A stretch of DNA of 64,000 nt from Planctomycetota bacterium (GTDB lineage: Bacteria; Planctomycetota; Planctomycetia; Pirellulales; Pirellulaceae). A model generated the notes under the pieces. That model was not told where the DNA came from. It worked only from the letters and a program-made list of their open reading frames with translations, and did no database searches. Of this stretch, positions 37,803-47,160 are shown piece by piece (the first letter of the stretch is position 1; each line of letters opens with the position of its first letter). The position numbers and the translations under genes are program-made. The stretch covers positions 138,191 through 202,190 of the forward strand of contig JAPLNL010000029.1 of the NCBI GenBank assembly GCA_026692905.1. Direction: 5' to 3'.

Positions 37803-37830
37803 GCGCTCTATCCAACTGAGCTACTGGGAC
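37803..37830 (-). pseudogene. Truncated tRNA-like 5' half (acceptor and D arm only), a near copy of the adjacent tRNA-Arg 5' half
   Basis: GTCCCAGTAGCTCAGTTGGATAGAGCG matches tRNA-Arg positions 1-27 with 2 mismatches. No anticodon or T arm can be folded from the following sequence. Confidence 0.6.
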
Positions 37831-37847
37831 TGCTTCGTTATTTGCTA

Positions 37848-38714
37848 TCATACATCGCGTCCGATAAGGCTTAGTCCATGCAACACGACGTGATTCACAA
37901 ACTCGGCTGGCTGAGCGATGTGCGGCATCAGCAAGCTACCGTCACCTCCAGATACAATAACTTTCACCGCTTTCTCGCATGTGCTTTCGCTTCGATAGCG
38001 TTCCACCAAATGCGATGCACCTCCTACCAGTGCTGCATTGACGCCTGCCGAGATCGCTTGCTCTGTGTTCTTCCCTGGTAGGGCCGGACGAATATCTACG
38101 GCATGATTTCCCAGCCACGGAAGCATATCTGTCCCTGCCGCAAGCAACTGCAGCGAAAGCCCCAATCCAGGCATAATCGAGCCGCCTCGAAATACCCCAG
38201 CTGCATCGACCAAATCGACGGTCACCGCCGTCCCTGCTTGAATAACAATGACCGCTTGCGACGCGATGCGTGAATCGTTAGCGTTTTGCGGATCGTTAAC
38301 GTACCTATGAGCACTGTAAGCGGCTAGCAGTCGGTCCACCCCAGTTTTGGCTGGCGATTCGACATCGATGGTCATTGGGATATGTGAGTGCGTTACGACT
38401 TTTGGCTCAATACTATGTCCGCAATTGCTTAGGCTTTCACGTAGCTGATCCAGCGCGATTCGTTGAACACACGAAACCAGCCAAGGCTCATTCGGGAACG
38501 AGTCGAAATGAGAGACCAGCCAGTTGAATGCCGATCGATCCTCCAGTTTGCACCAACGTTGGTCCGGTGCAGCTTCTTGTTCAGGAGAGGGTTTGCGAAG
38601 ATTTGCAACGGCGGCCGCCCAAGAAAGGCGATATACTTTTTGATTGCGAAACAACTGGCCGTTGGCAACGCGAGAGGCACGCAAACCGCTGTTGCCTATA
38701 TCCACCAAGATCAT
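37848..38714 (-). CDS. coaX: Type III pantothenate kinase
   Basis: N-terminal ILVDIGNS and the GTAVTVDLVDAAGVFRGGSIMPGLGLS block typical of CoaX (ASKHA fold). Confidence 0.75.
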   Translation of the reverse strand: MILVDIGNSGLRASRVANGQLFRNQKVYRLSWAAAVANLRKPSPEQEAAPDQRWCKLEDRSAFNWLVSHFDSFPNEPWLVSCVQRIALDQLRESLSNCGHSIEPKVVTHSHIPMTIDVESPAKTGVDRLLAAYSAHRYVNDPQNANDSRIASQAVIVIQAGTAVTVDLVDAAGVFRGGSIMPGLGLSLQLLAAGTDMLPWLGNHAVDIRPALPGKNTEQAISAGVNAALVGGASHLVERYRSESTCEKAVKVIVSGGDGSLLMPHIAQPAEFVNHVVLHGLSLIGRDV

Positions 38715-39730
38715 TGCGATGAAGCAGCAAGTTCCGCGCTTTGCTCGGCGAGTAAAGTGGCGATCTTGTTAACCAAGATGTTGAGACTTGTTCCCGTAAC
38801 AGCACTGATCAGCAAAATGTCCTTGCGGCCGAGATTCTCGCAAAGCATCTCGTGTATCGCTTTTGCGTCAGGCAACTCGGCCTTGGTGACAGCGAGGATT
38901 TCGGGGCGAGCCGCAAGCTCGCTGCTATATTCAGCCAACTCTTTGCGAATTGCGTGGTAGTTACTAATCGGATCGGACTGGTCCATTGGCATCGGTTCGA
39001 CCAAATGCACCAGAATACCAGCACGCATGATGTGCCGAAGGAAGTCGTGGCCAAGTCCAGAGCCTTGTGCCGCACCCTCGATAAGGCCCGGAATGTCAGC
39101 CATGACGAAGTTGCGGTCCATGTCGACGGAGACCAAGCCCAGGTTTGGAAACTTGGTCGTGAACGGATAGTCCGCAATTTCCGGCCGGGCTCTTGAAAGC
39201 CGACTTAGAAGCGTACTCTTGCCGGCATTTGGCATCCCTACCAAGCCGACATCAGCGATCGCTTTGAGTTCGAAAACAAGTCGGCGTTGTTCGCCAGCAC
39301 CACCATCGGTGGTATCGCGCGGAGCTTGATTAGTCGACGATTTGAAGTGGGTATTTCCCCAGCCTCCACGCCCCCCGTGTGCTGCGATGATCTCATCGCC
39401 TGGATTGACGAGATCGCGGAGGATCATTCCGGAATCACGATCCATGAGAACCGTACCGGGTGGAACCACGAGGATGAGATCTTGGCCGCTTTTGCCATGA
39501 CAATCGGAACCTTGCCCTGGGGTGCCATTTTCCGCACGCCAATGGCGTTGGTGCGCAAACTGAACAAGCGAGTTCACACCGGCTTGCGCTCGAACGATCA
39601 CGCTACCACCTCGCCCGCCGTCACCGCCGCACGGACCACCCCGCGGAACGTGCTTTTCGCGGCGGAAAGCCATGCAACCGCTCCCACCTTTACCTGAGAT
39701 GGCCTCAATTTCAACGCGGTCGACGAACAT
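38711..39730 (-). CDS. obg: GTPase Obg
   Basis: Gly-rich Obg fold (GGDGGRGGSVI) plus G1-G4 GTPase motifs (GMPNAGKST). Confidence 0.9.
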   Translation of the reverse strand: MFVDRVEIEAISGKGGSGCMAFRREKHVPRGGPCGGDGGRGGSVIVRAQAGVNSLVQFAHQRHWRAENGTPGQGSDCHGKSGQDLILVVPPGTVLMDRDSGMILRDLVNPGDEIIAAHGGRGGWGNTHFKSSTNQAPRDTTDGGAGEQRRLVFELKAIADVGLVGMPNAGKSTLLSRLSRARPEIADYPFTTKFPNLGLVSVDMDRNFVMADIPGLIEGAAQGSGLGHDFLRHIMRAGILVHLVEPMPMDQSDPISNYHAIRKELAEYSSELAARPEILAVTKAELPDAKAIHEMLCENLGRKDILLISAVTGTSLNILVNKIATLLAEQSAELAASSQ

Positions 39731-39808
39731 AATAAAGATCAGATCTTGGCAGAAACCAATATGCTGGGCCTCAAACCCAACGCAGAATTAAAAACAACTC
39801 TTAAATCA

Positions 39809-40063
39809 CTAAGCAGATTCAGCGATTTTGACGTTGATGCGACGACCTTCTTGATCGAAGTAAACGTTGCCTTCGACCAGGGAGAAAATGGTGTAATCCT
39901 TGCCCATGCCAACATTAATTCCCGGACGCCATTTGGTTCCAACCTGACGGATGAGGATGTTGCCGCAAATGACCTTTTCTCCGCCGAATTTTTTCACACC
40001 GCGACGTTGTGCGTTGGAATCGCGACCGTTGCGTGTAGATCCCTGACCTTTTTTATGTGCCAT
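39809..40063 (-). CDS. rpmA: 50S ribosomal protein L27
   Basis: [28 protein letters not shown]... is canonical bL27. Confidence 0.95.
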   Translation of the reverse strand: MAHKKGQGSTRNGRDSNAQRRGVKKFGGEKVICGNILIRQVGTKWRPGINVGMGKDYTIFSLVEGNVYFDQEGRRINVKIAESA

Positions 40064-40144
40064 TTAAAAGCCTATGCCTAACTACCTGTGCCGAGTTGGA
40101 ATGTCAAAACCAGCCGATTTCTTCCGCTGGTGCGGGGCACTAGT

Positions 40145-41143
40145 TTATCGGTAAATCCACTGATAATCAAGACGTTCTTTCAGGTTAAACTGCTTTAAGT
40201 AGTAATCGACCCGTTCGGCGTTTTCAAACGCGGGCAAGCCAAGCAAAATCCTGTCTTTCGACTCATCAATCGAGTCGCCAGGACGCCAGTGGTAGATCCG
40301 AAGGGTCTTTCGGTCGAAATTCTTTTTTCCCTCTTCATCAATCCGAATCTTGTAGGCGTTGGTTAAGCCGCGAACATCGACAGCGAAGAAGTCAACCCTT
40401 GGATCGACGTCCGTCCAGGTGGCAACGCCCCAAACCGAGTTGTCTTCCACAAGCGTGCTTGCTTTGATGTCGATTTTGCCAATTTCAATATGGTCGTGCA
40501 ATGGTTTTCCGATCCGCTCTTTGGCGGCAATCGCATCCACGGCGGTCGGCAAAATCTGAGCGTCCAGATTGAGCTTTTGCTCTTTGCTGAGCAAAGCGAA
40601 ACGCGAAATGAATCGAACGGATTCAAACGTGACTTTGTCAGGAGGCGTCGGGACGTCAGCCGCAACGTTCGGGGAAAGGTCTTCGCCTTTATAGCGAACG
40701 TTATAAACCATGTACCAAACGACTTTTTTCTGGAATTTTCCATTGTCCTTTGGAACATCGACCTCGATCAGTCGAACCGGCTTGAAGGAAAACTCTAGGC
40801 CCCAGACCTCGTGCCGAAAAATGATGTCTCGCGATAGATTCAACAGAGTTTCGCTGGGCGAAGCGTAGTGCGGTTTGTTTTCCGGGAAATCCGGGGCAGA
40901 CCACTCGAGCTCTGGATGTTTTGCGACAAACTCCAAATCAAAAGGACCAAGTGCAGTGTCCTCCGAGTCCTGGTCGGGTGCTACAACCGTCATCACACCA
41001 CTTGCAAGTTTGCGAGGTGACAATCCGGGTGCTGCCGCGACGCTCTTGGAATCGCTCGGGGAAGCAGTCTGGGCGCACACAAAACAGGCTTGACCAAGAA
41101 AGGCAGCGGACATCAAAATTGATTGAAAAACCCAGGTTTTCAC
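40145..41143 (-). CDS. Secreted hypothetical protein
   Basis: Signal peptide; no recognisable motif. Confidence 0.55.
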   Translation of the reverse strand: MKTWVFQSILMSAAFLGQACFVCAQTASPSDSKSVAAAPGLSPRKLASGVMTVVAPDQDSEDTALGPFDLEFVAKHPELEWSAPDFPENKPHYASPSETLLNLSRDIIFRHEVWGLEFSFKPVRLIEVDVPKDNGKFQKKVVWYMVYNVRYKGEDLSPNVAADVPTPPDKVTFESVRFISRFALLSKEQKLNLDAQILPTAVDAIAAKERIGKPLHDHIEIGKIDIKASTLVEDNSVWGVATWTDVDPRVDFFAVDVRGLTNAYKIRIDEEGKKNFDRKTLRIYHWRPGDSIDESKDRILLGLPAFENAERVDYYLKQFNLKERLDYQWIYR

Positions 41144-41355
41144 AGTTTATGTTCCACACGGGAGCAGACGAAGGAAAGTCGGCGAACTCCGATAGCAGAC
41201 CAAGTTCCCAACAAAAACATACCCGGAGTATAATTCGAGGCGGCCAACCGCGCAATCGAAAACTCCGGGATAGTGGAATTTTTGGAATTCGAAGAGAGGA
41301 ACAAAAAGGTGGGGGTGAATAAAGAGGCTATTTTGCCCAAAACCCCACCTCAAGT

Positions 41356-41445
41356 TTATTTCTTGCGATGTCGAATCCTAGCACGCATACGTCTCTTCTT
41401 ACGACCAACTTTACGACGCCCTCGACCTGTTTTCTTTACACCCAC
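41356..41445 (-). CDS. Candidate 29-aa Arg/Lys-rich small protein (ribosomal-protein-like), GTG start
   Basis: AGGAG 9 nt upstream of the GTG; ORF MGVKKTGRGRRKVGRKKRRMRARIRHRKK*. It falls below the 60-aa ORF cutoff, and the intergenic region is otherwise empty. Confidence 0.3.
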   Translation of the reverse strand: MGVKKTGRGRRKVGRKKRRMRARIRHRKK

Positions 41446-41776
41446 GAACAAATGCTCCTAAATCAACGGCGAGAAACCATGTGTTTCCACCAGGCTGTGA
41501 CAAAAAACTACTCATGTCGTCGCTAAGACTCAAAGGATCGCCGCGCCAACCAAGCTGCGTAGCGTAACACAAGACGCCGGTTTTTGACAAGTCCATGCTA
41601 AGAGTTTGCCAATTTCCTAAGAATTTTGTTTGGTAGGACGGGAGTACTAGTAGAGACGAACCATGTTGCTTTGGCGCACCAAGCATGTTGCGAACATGGG
41701 CACAAGGCCCAAGTTCGCGAAGCCAGCGACTGGTGGGCTTGCGCCGAAGTCGCAAATGCTTGGCTTGCTACACGGT

Positions 41777-41860
41777 ATTACTTCTTCAGGATTACTTCTT
41801 CAGGATTACTTCTTCAGGATTACTTCTTCAGGATTACTTCTTCAGGATTACTTCTTCAGT
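41777..41860. repeat. 6 x 14-bp tandem repeat ATTACTTCTTCAGG duplicating the last codons and stop of the upstream giant gene
   Basis: Unit = reverse complement of ...CTG AAG AAG TAA T. The copy nearest the gene contains the real stop codon. Confidence 0.9.
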
Positions 41861-44800
41861 GAGGCATTTGCTGGCACATTGTCGACGACATACCGCCAAT
41901 TCTTAACATACCAAAGCAATTCAGCCATTTCCGCAACCGAAATTTGCGACTCGATCCCCTCGGGCATTAACGACGTTCCTGAACTCTTCAGCTCCTCGAT
42001 TTCAGAGCGATTGAGGGTCGTGAGCGCACCATTTTGGCTTTGCAATGTTACCGTTTGCGAATTGGAATCCTTGAGCAGTCCCTCCACGATGCTCCCATCC
42101 TCTGTTCTCGCCAAATAGCGGAAATAATTCGCGTCAATCGATCGATTCGGGTCCAAAACGGAGATCAATAGCTTCTCGTACGACTGCTCCCGCGAGTCCG
42201 AGATGTCCGGCCCAACAAATGCCCCTACTCCGTCCAGTTTGTGGCAAGCAGAGCAATTCTTTGCAAAAATCGCTTTGCCATTGTTCTTGTCGGGACTTAC
42301 CTCGAAAGACGATACTTGCTTGGAATACTCATCGACCACATTTTGGCGGTTTGAGTTGATCGCCCCCGACAGGACCTTGGCAAGGCGAGTCGCTATTGCA
42401 CTATCCTTTACTCCAGACAAACTTTGGATCTGAGATGCGTCCAAGATTCGTGTCGACAGTTTGCCCGACTCAAACCGCTCGACCAACATTTCAAGCCGCT
42501 GTGGGTTGTTTCGGACCGCTCCGAAGACGTCTTGCCGAATCTCAGGCAAGGCAGACGGCAGTCGCTCGATCAACCAGCTAGAAAATTCAGGTGTGTCATG
42601 AGCCGAACAAGTCGCAATGGCGGTCTTGAGTAGCGCAACATTTGGACTCGAAAGCAGCTCTAACGCCAAAGACTTGGACGAGTCGGACTTGCTGTAAGCA
42701 AGAATCGAAACAGCCGTTCTCTGGTTGATTGCGTTTTCGCTCGACAGAGCAAAACGCTGAACGATTTTTTCGAGAACACTACCGTCGACAATAGTCAGTC
42801 GGCCGGTTCGGGCAATTCCATCCAGGATAGCCAGGGTGGCTGATTGATATGCAAGCCTAGGAATACTGCTCAATTCCTGTGCAAGGTTGTTGACGAATTC
42901 CTGAACACCGATTTTCAACGAGGGTTGCGAGACGGATCGTGATGCCAGGCGAGCGATGGCTTCTCTTGCAATTGGACTCAGCTCGTTCGTGGCATCGCTT
43001 GCCGTTTTTTTGTATTGCAATATGAAGGGAATGCCATTGTCTCGCCAAGCGGCGGTGACCGCCATCCATAGATGCGGCGGATCGTTGTTTCGGATTAAGG
43101 ATTGTGACGCCAAGATTGCGTAGCGTTCCATAAGGCTTGAATTCAATTCACTGTTCGACTCCGAGGAGATTCGGCTAGATGACTTAGCGATGAACCAAGC
43201 AGCCGAACGCAACTCTTCGTTGGTGGCTTGCAGATCGCCAAACGTATCAATCGCGGACTGCATCCACTTTAGTCCCCAATCTGTCGTTGATTCTCGCATC
43301 GCCGACCAAGCTACCGATCGAAGTTCGGGATTCGACGACTTGAGCAACGCGATTGCCGTTGCTTCATCGAGTCCATCGCATGCGACCAACAGCCAGCATG
43401 CATTGGCGATCACTTCAGGTTGCTGTCTTGGCGTAACGCAAACCTGCCTGAGCGTTTCGATGTATTCAACTTTTTGCTCCTTCGCCGCTCCAGCGAGAAT
43501 GGTTTGCGCAGCCATGCGCCGGTACCAAGCATCGGGATGCTCAAGCCAATCTTTGAGGCTTGCATGGCGATTGTCGAGCAGTCGCTCTCCAGCTCTTTTT
43601 TCGTCGATTTTGTTGGTGCGAGTCACGCGATAAATCCGGCCGTGCGAGTCGCCAAGCCGTTGATCGGGACGATTCTTGAGCTCGGCAGGAACCCAATCTG
43701 GGTGCTCAATAACAGCCCGGTACATGTCAACAACATAGACCTCGCCATCCGGTCCCTCGTAAAGGTCGACTGGACGAAACCACGGGTCGCGACTCGCAAG
43801 CCACTCTCGTTCGGAAGCTTCGTCGGTTACTTGCATCAACCCGTCTTTCCTCTTGATGGCGCGTCGCTGCACAAGCGCCCCGGTTGGCTCGCATGTGTAA
43901 GCTGACATTTCAGAAACAAGCACACCGCAGGCTGCAGTGAATTGACCAGCGTGAAGATTCGAGGTTGTCCAAGCGTTGACCAGCGGATGAACTTTCGACG
44001 CGGCATTACTCGGTGAAACATCGTTTAGTGCGATTGCAAGACCCGATAATGGGCTGATGCTCAAATCGGCTCGTTCGCTCACAATTTCGAAGCATGGATT
44101 TCGATTGGAACAACCATAGCGATTACCAAACGAATCGAATGTCAGGCCGAATTGAGATGGCCCCGCGATACCCTCGATGCGGCCCGTTAGCATGTTGACT
44201 CGCAGGTCGCAGCCCGTTAGGTCAAACGGCTCTGTCGTTGGCTTACCAAAGGGGAGAGTCGATTTGATTTTGCCCCCACGAAGGCCACTAGCAATATAAA
44301 TCCAGCCGTCCGCGCTGAGAGTCGGATGATTCGCCCGCAACTGCGGATTGCCGATTGCGAATCCGTCCAGCCAAACTTCGGTCGAATCGGATTTAAGATC
44401 CCCATCCATATCTCGCAACATAACCAATTGTCCCTGCACGGTAACTAGCGCTCCATTCTCCCAAGGCTGAACACCGGTTGCGAATCGCAGATTGTCCGCG
44501 AAGACCGTCGCCGACTCAAAGAAGCCGTCACGATTTTTGTCTTCAAGCACAACGATCCGACTTTTCGGAGCGTCGTCTTCCGTTGGATAGTCCCGCATTT
44601 CAACGACCCACATGCGTCCAAACTTATCGATTTGCATCGAAACGGGGTCAACGATCTGCGGTTCCGATGCCACCAACTCCACCTTGAACCCAGGCTCGAC
44701 CTCAAGCCACTGGAGACTCTCCATAGGACTAACCGGCGATTGCGGTTTCGTTTGCTTGGACACCGGGACCGGAATTACTTGCCTGGCATGGAGCGCTCGC

Positions 44801-46242
44801 ATCACGCGAGTCAACCCCTCGACCATCTTCGGTTCGGCGTGTTCCTCAAGGCAACTCGATCGGCAACGCCAAGTCGTATAGCCCCCAAGCTGAAACAGCT
44901 CAGGGGGCGGAATGTATCCCGCGTGGCCGTTGGCAAGGCCGATGTTCATGGTCAAACGAAAGGGACTCGCTTGTCGAATCTTTAGCCCAGTTTCGTTATA
45001 GGATTCGCAAGGGTTCGCGACGATCGCGAAGTCATTGAGACGAATAGCTTGCAGATTCAATTTGCGAGTTGGAGGCATCTCGCTAAGAAGAACTGTCTCG
45101 CGAGCATAGTTTTCATCCATCGTTGCTGGCAGCCGATCTGGAAAATGCGTTTCCATGTATTTCTTTGCCGCTGCTACATCTGCCGCGTTAGGCATGCGAA
45201 CGTCGAGGTCAATGGAATCGAGCTCTGCGTCTAAGCTCAATGTTGATGTGTATTGAATCCCAGGCAAGACCGATAGGATCTTATCGGAAACGTAAGTTCC
45301 GACCTCAACGTGAGTGAACGGGGCGGCGGGCTTGCTGAAGTCGATGCAATTGGCATTCCCGCTGGTCGCATTGGCCATGAGCCCAACGAAGGAATCGGTG
45401 GAGTTGGGGCTAAGCGATTTCGCAAGCCGTTCGCAAACAACGCCAAAATAGTCGGAGGAAATATTGGGAGCACCCGCATAGTGAGTGCAGAACGACGCCA
45501 AAACAGAGATCGGTTTGCCTTGTCGATCCTGGATGGAAAGAATCGGAACCAGTGTATCAACGGGACCGATAGGGGCCATTTTGTTTGGATTGTCATGTCC
45601 TGGGTTCATGCTAACCAAGTCCCCTGTACGGCCGGAAAAGGGGGACGAATTAGCGGTTCCTGGTTTCATAAGCCAGTCGCGACAATAGATATACTGATCG
45701 CAAACCACGGACGTTGTTCCCCATTGAGCTGGCACCATTCGCTTTTGAGCTTCAGCGACTCCCTCTGCAATCCAGCCTGGCAGAGCATCGGCATAGTCCT
45801 GCTGAACAGGGGTTCCGTGAGTGCCAACAACGGAAACCGCAGAGTGGGTATGTGTTGCTGCAATGAGAATGCGGTTTGGCGCAATTCCTGTTTTGGATTG
45901 AGTCAACTCTTTCGCCTTGTCGATGATTTCTAAAGGCAGGATGCAATTGTCCACAATGCAGATAGCGACCTGTGTTTTGCCGTCACTGAGTACCAAACAA
46001 CGCGCATTCAATGCGTCCGTGATTCGGTCAATCTTCCGACCAGAGATGCCGCCGTTGACCCAAACTGGCAGGTTGACGGGGGAGATATTCTTTGCAAAAG
46101 CACCAGCGGAAAAATTGTCTGCCGCGACCGTATCTTCGTGAAGCAAACCAGAGCAGAAAAGGATGGATGCTGCAACGCGCAGCAGAAGCTTGATCGGGGA
46201 TGTCCCAAAAAGAGAACTCATGGTGAAGTGCCTAGTCTGCAT
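41848..46242 (-). CDS. 1464-aa secreted multidomain protein: neutral-ceramidase-like N-terminal domain + PVC-type membrane-bound-dehydrogenase beta-propeller domain + HEAT repeats + C-terminal cytochrome c (CxxCH)
   Basis: Ceramidase-like ATHTHSA motif; C-terminal CSACH heme-binding site with PVC-type flanks; central HEAT/ARM-like helical region. Confidence 0.7.
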   Translation of the reverse strand: MQTRHFTMSSLFGTSPIKLLLRVAASILFCSGLLHEDTVAADNFSAGAFAKNISPVNLPVWVNGGISGRKIDRITDALNARCLVLSDGKTQVAICIVDNCILPLEIIDKAKELTQSKTGIAPNRILIAATHTHSAVSVVGTHGTPVQQDYADALPGWIAEGVAEAQKRMVPAQWGTTSVVCDQYIYCRDWLMKPGTANSSPFSGRTGDLVSMNPGHDNPNKMAPIGPVDTLVPILSIQDRQGKPISVLASFCTHYAGAPNISSDYFGVVCERLAKSLSPNSTDSFVGLMANATSGNANCIDFSKPAAPFTHVEVGTYVSDKILSVLPGIQYTSTLSLDAELDSIDLDVRMPNAADVAAAKKYMETHFPDRLPATMDENYARETVLLSEMPPTRKLNLQAIRLNDFAIVANPCESYNETGLKIRQASPFRLTMNIGLANGHAGYIPPPELFQLGGYTTWRCRSSCLEEHAEPKMVEGLTRVMRALHARQVIPVPVSKQTKPQSPVSPMESLQWLEVEPGFKVELVASEPQIVDPVSMQIDKFGRMWVVEMRDYPTEDDAPKSRIVVLEDKNRDGFFESATVFADNLRFATGVQPWENGALVTVQGQLVMLRDMDGDLKSDSTEVWLDGFAIGNPQLRANHPTLSADGWIYIASGLRGGKIKSTLPFGKPTTEPFDLTGCDLRVNMLTGRIEGIAGPSQFGLTFDSFGNRYGCSNRNPCFEIVSERADLSISPLSGLAIALNDVSPSNAASKVHPLVNAWTTSNLHAGQFTAACGVLVSEMSAYTCEPTGALVQRRAIKRKDGLMQVTDEASEREWLASRDPWFRPVDLYEGPDGEVYVVDMYRAVIEHPDWVPAELKNRPDQRLGDSHGRIYRVTRTNKIDEKRAGERLLDNRHASLKDWLEHPDAWYRRMAAQTILAGAAKEQKVEYIETLRQVCVTPRQQPEVIANACWLLVACDGLDEATAIALLKSSNPELRSVAWSAMRESTTDWGLKWMQSAIDTFGDLQATNEELRSAAWFIAKSSSRISSESNSELNSSLMERYAILASQSLIRNNDPPHLWMAVTAAWRDNGIPFILQYKKTASDATNELSPIAREAIARLASRSVSQPSLKIGVQEFVNNLAQELSSIPRLAYQSATLAILDGIARTGRLTIVDGSVLEKIVQRFALSSENAINQRTAVSILAYSKSDSSKSLALELLSSPNVALLKTAIATCSAHDTPEFSSWLIERLPSALPEIRQDVFGAVRNNPQRLEMLVERFESGKLSTRILDASQIQSLSGVKDSAIATRLAKVLSGAINSNRQNVVDEYSKQVSSFEVSPDKNNGKAIFAKNCSACHKLDGVGAFVGPDISDSREQSYEKLLISVLDPNRSIDANYFRYLARTEDGSIVEGLLKDSNSQTVTLQSQNGALTTLNRSEIEELKSSGTSLMPEGIESQISVAEMAELLWYVKNWRYVVDNVPANASLKK

Positions 46243-46276
46243 GGAAGGGTGCCTTTTGGGCGAGCGGCGGGATGAA

Positions 46277-46336
46277 ACTACCGTAGCTGGATTCGCCAGA
46301 ATTCAGAACATACTGAATTCTGGCGAATCCAGCTAC
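46277..46336. repeat. Family D perfect palindrome (GTAGCTGGATTCGCCAGAATTCAG...CTGAATTCTGGCGAATCCAGCTAC)
   Basis: 24-bp perfect arms; related copies at 49131-49195 and 30843-30897. Confidence 0.9.
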
Positions 46337-46618
46337 AAATCGCGTTAGATTTCCCTGCCGGTCGCCTTGGAAAGATGCTTGCAGCAAACTCGGGTGCAGC
46401 AAGTTGTTGTGTCCTAGGTGATCCAGCGAGGAAATGCTAGCATGCGTTCGAAATATTTTAGCGAAAGTCGCAGCGGAACGCTGTTGTTTCCTGATAGTTT
46501 GTTATACTGCCGGGAATAGTTGGCAGGATGCTGGGGGGCTTCATGGTTAGGGCAAGGATGTGGTCTTGTTCTGAGCTTCTCAATGCAAATGACTTGCTGC
46601 ATTAGGGGTGAAAATCGA

Positions 46619-46882
46619 ATGACTCGTATTCCCATTAGCCAGGCTGACGAACACGCACGTCGGATGAAAGAACGTTTGGAACTGAGCACGGCAGAAATTG
46701 GTCTTCAGGTTCGAACGACAAACTGCCTGGAAGAGAAAGGCATCTTCACTGTCCGGGATCTGCTGCAAAGCTCCCCTGATACATTGCTGAGCATCGCAAA
46801 TTTCGGCGAAAAGACACTAGAAGAAGTGTATCTTGCTCTCGAGAAAATCGGCTACACCCGAGAGTGGCGCAAGCCTCGGTAG
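46619..46882 (+). CDS. Stand-alone RNA polymerase alpha-subunit C-terminal-domain (alpha-CTD)-like protein
   Basis: LSTAEIGLQVRTTNCLEEKGIFTVRDLLQ...LLSIANFGEKTLEEVYLALEKIG matches the RpoA CTD helix-hairpin-helix. Confidence 0.65.
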   Translation: MTRIPISQADEHARRMKERLELSTAEIGLQVRTTNCLEEKGIFTVRDLLQSSPDTLLSIANFGEKTLEEVYLALEKIGYTREWRKPR

Positions 46883-46894
46883 ATCGCGGTGAAT

Positions 46895-47160
46895 GCCGCT
46901 CTTAGGCGAGCGGCAGCTTTAAAACTACCTTAGCACGACGCGCAAGCTAGTGAATTGGATTGTAAATTCACTAGCTTGCGCGTCGTGCTAGGTGTAGTCG
47001 TGCTAGGTGTAGTCGTGCTAGGTGTAGTCGTGCTAGGTGTAGTCGTGCTAGGTGTAGTCGTGCTAGGTGTAGTCGTGCTAGGTGTAGTCGTGCTAGGTGT
47101 ACAGTGTCCTAATACTAGCGGCGAAATGAAAAATACCGTAGCTGCCGCTCGCCTAAACAC
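46895..47160. repeat. Composite: long palindrome (AATGCCGCTCTTAGGCGAGCGGCAGC / GCTGCCGCTCGCCTAA..GCGGCATT) interrupted by a family A hairpin plus an 8 x 15-bp tandem (GTCGTGCTAGGTGTA)
   Basis: Nested and tandem repeat structure read directly from the sequence. Confidence 0.85.

Noticed and set aside
37803-37830. Second complete tRNA, possibly intron-containing.
   Set aside because: Only the acceptor and D arms fold. No anticodon stem, T arm or matching 3' acceptor strand (CTGGGAC) exists within 150 bp. It was therefore treated as a fragment.
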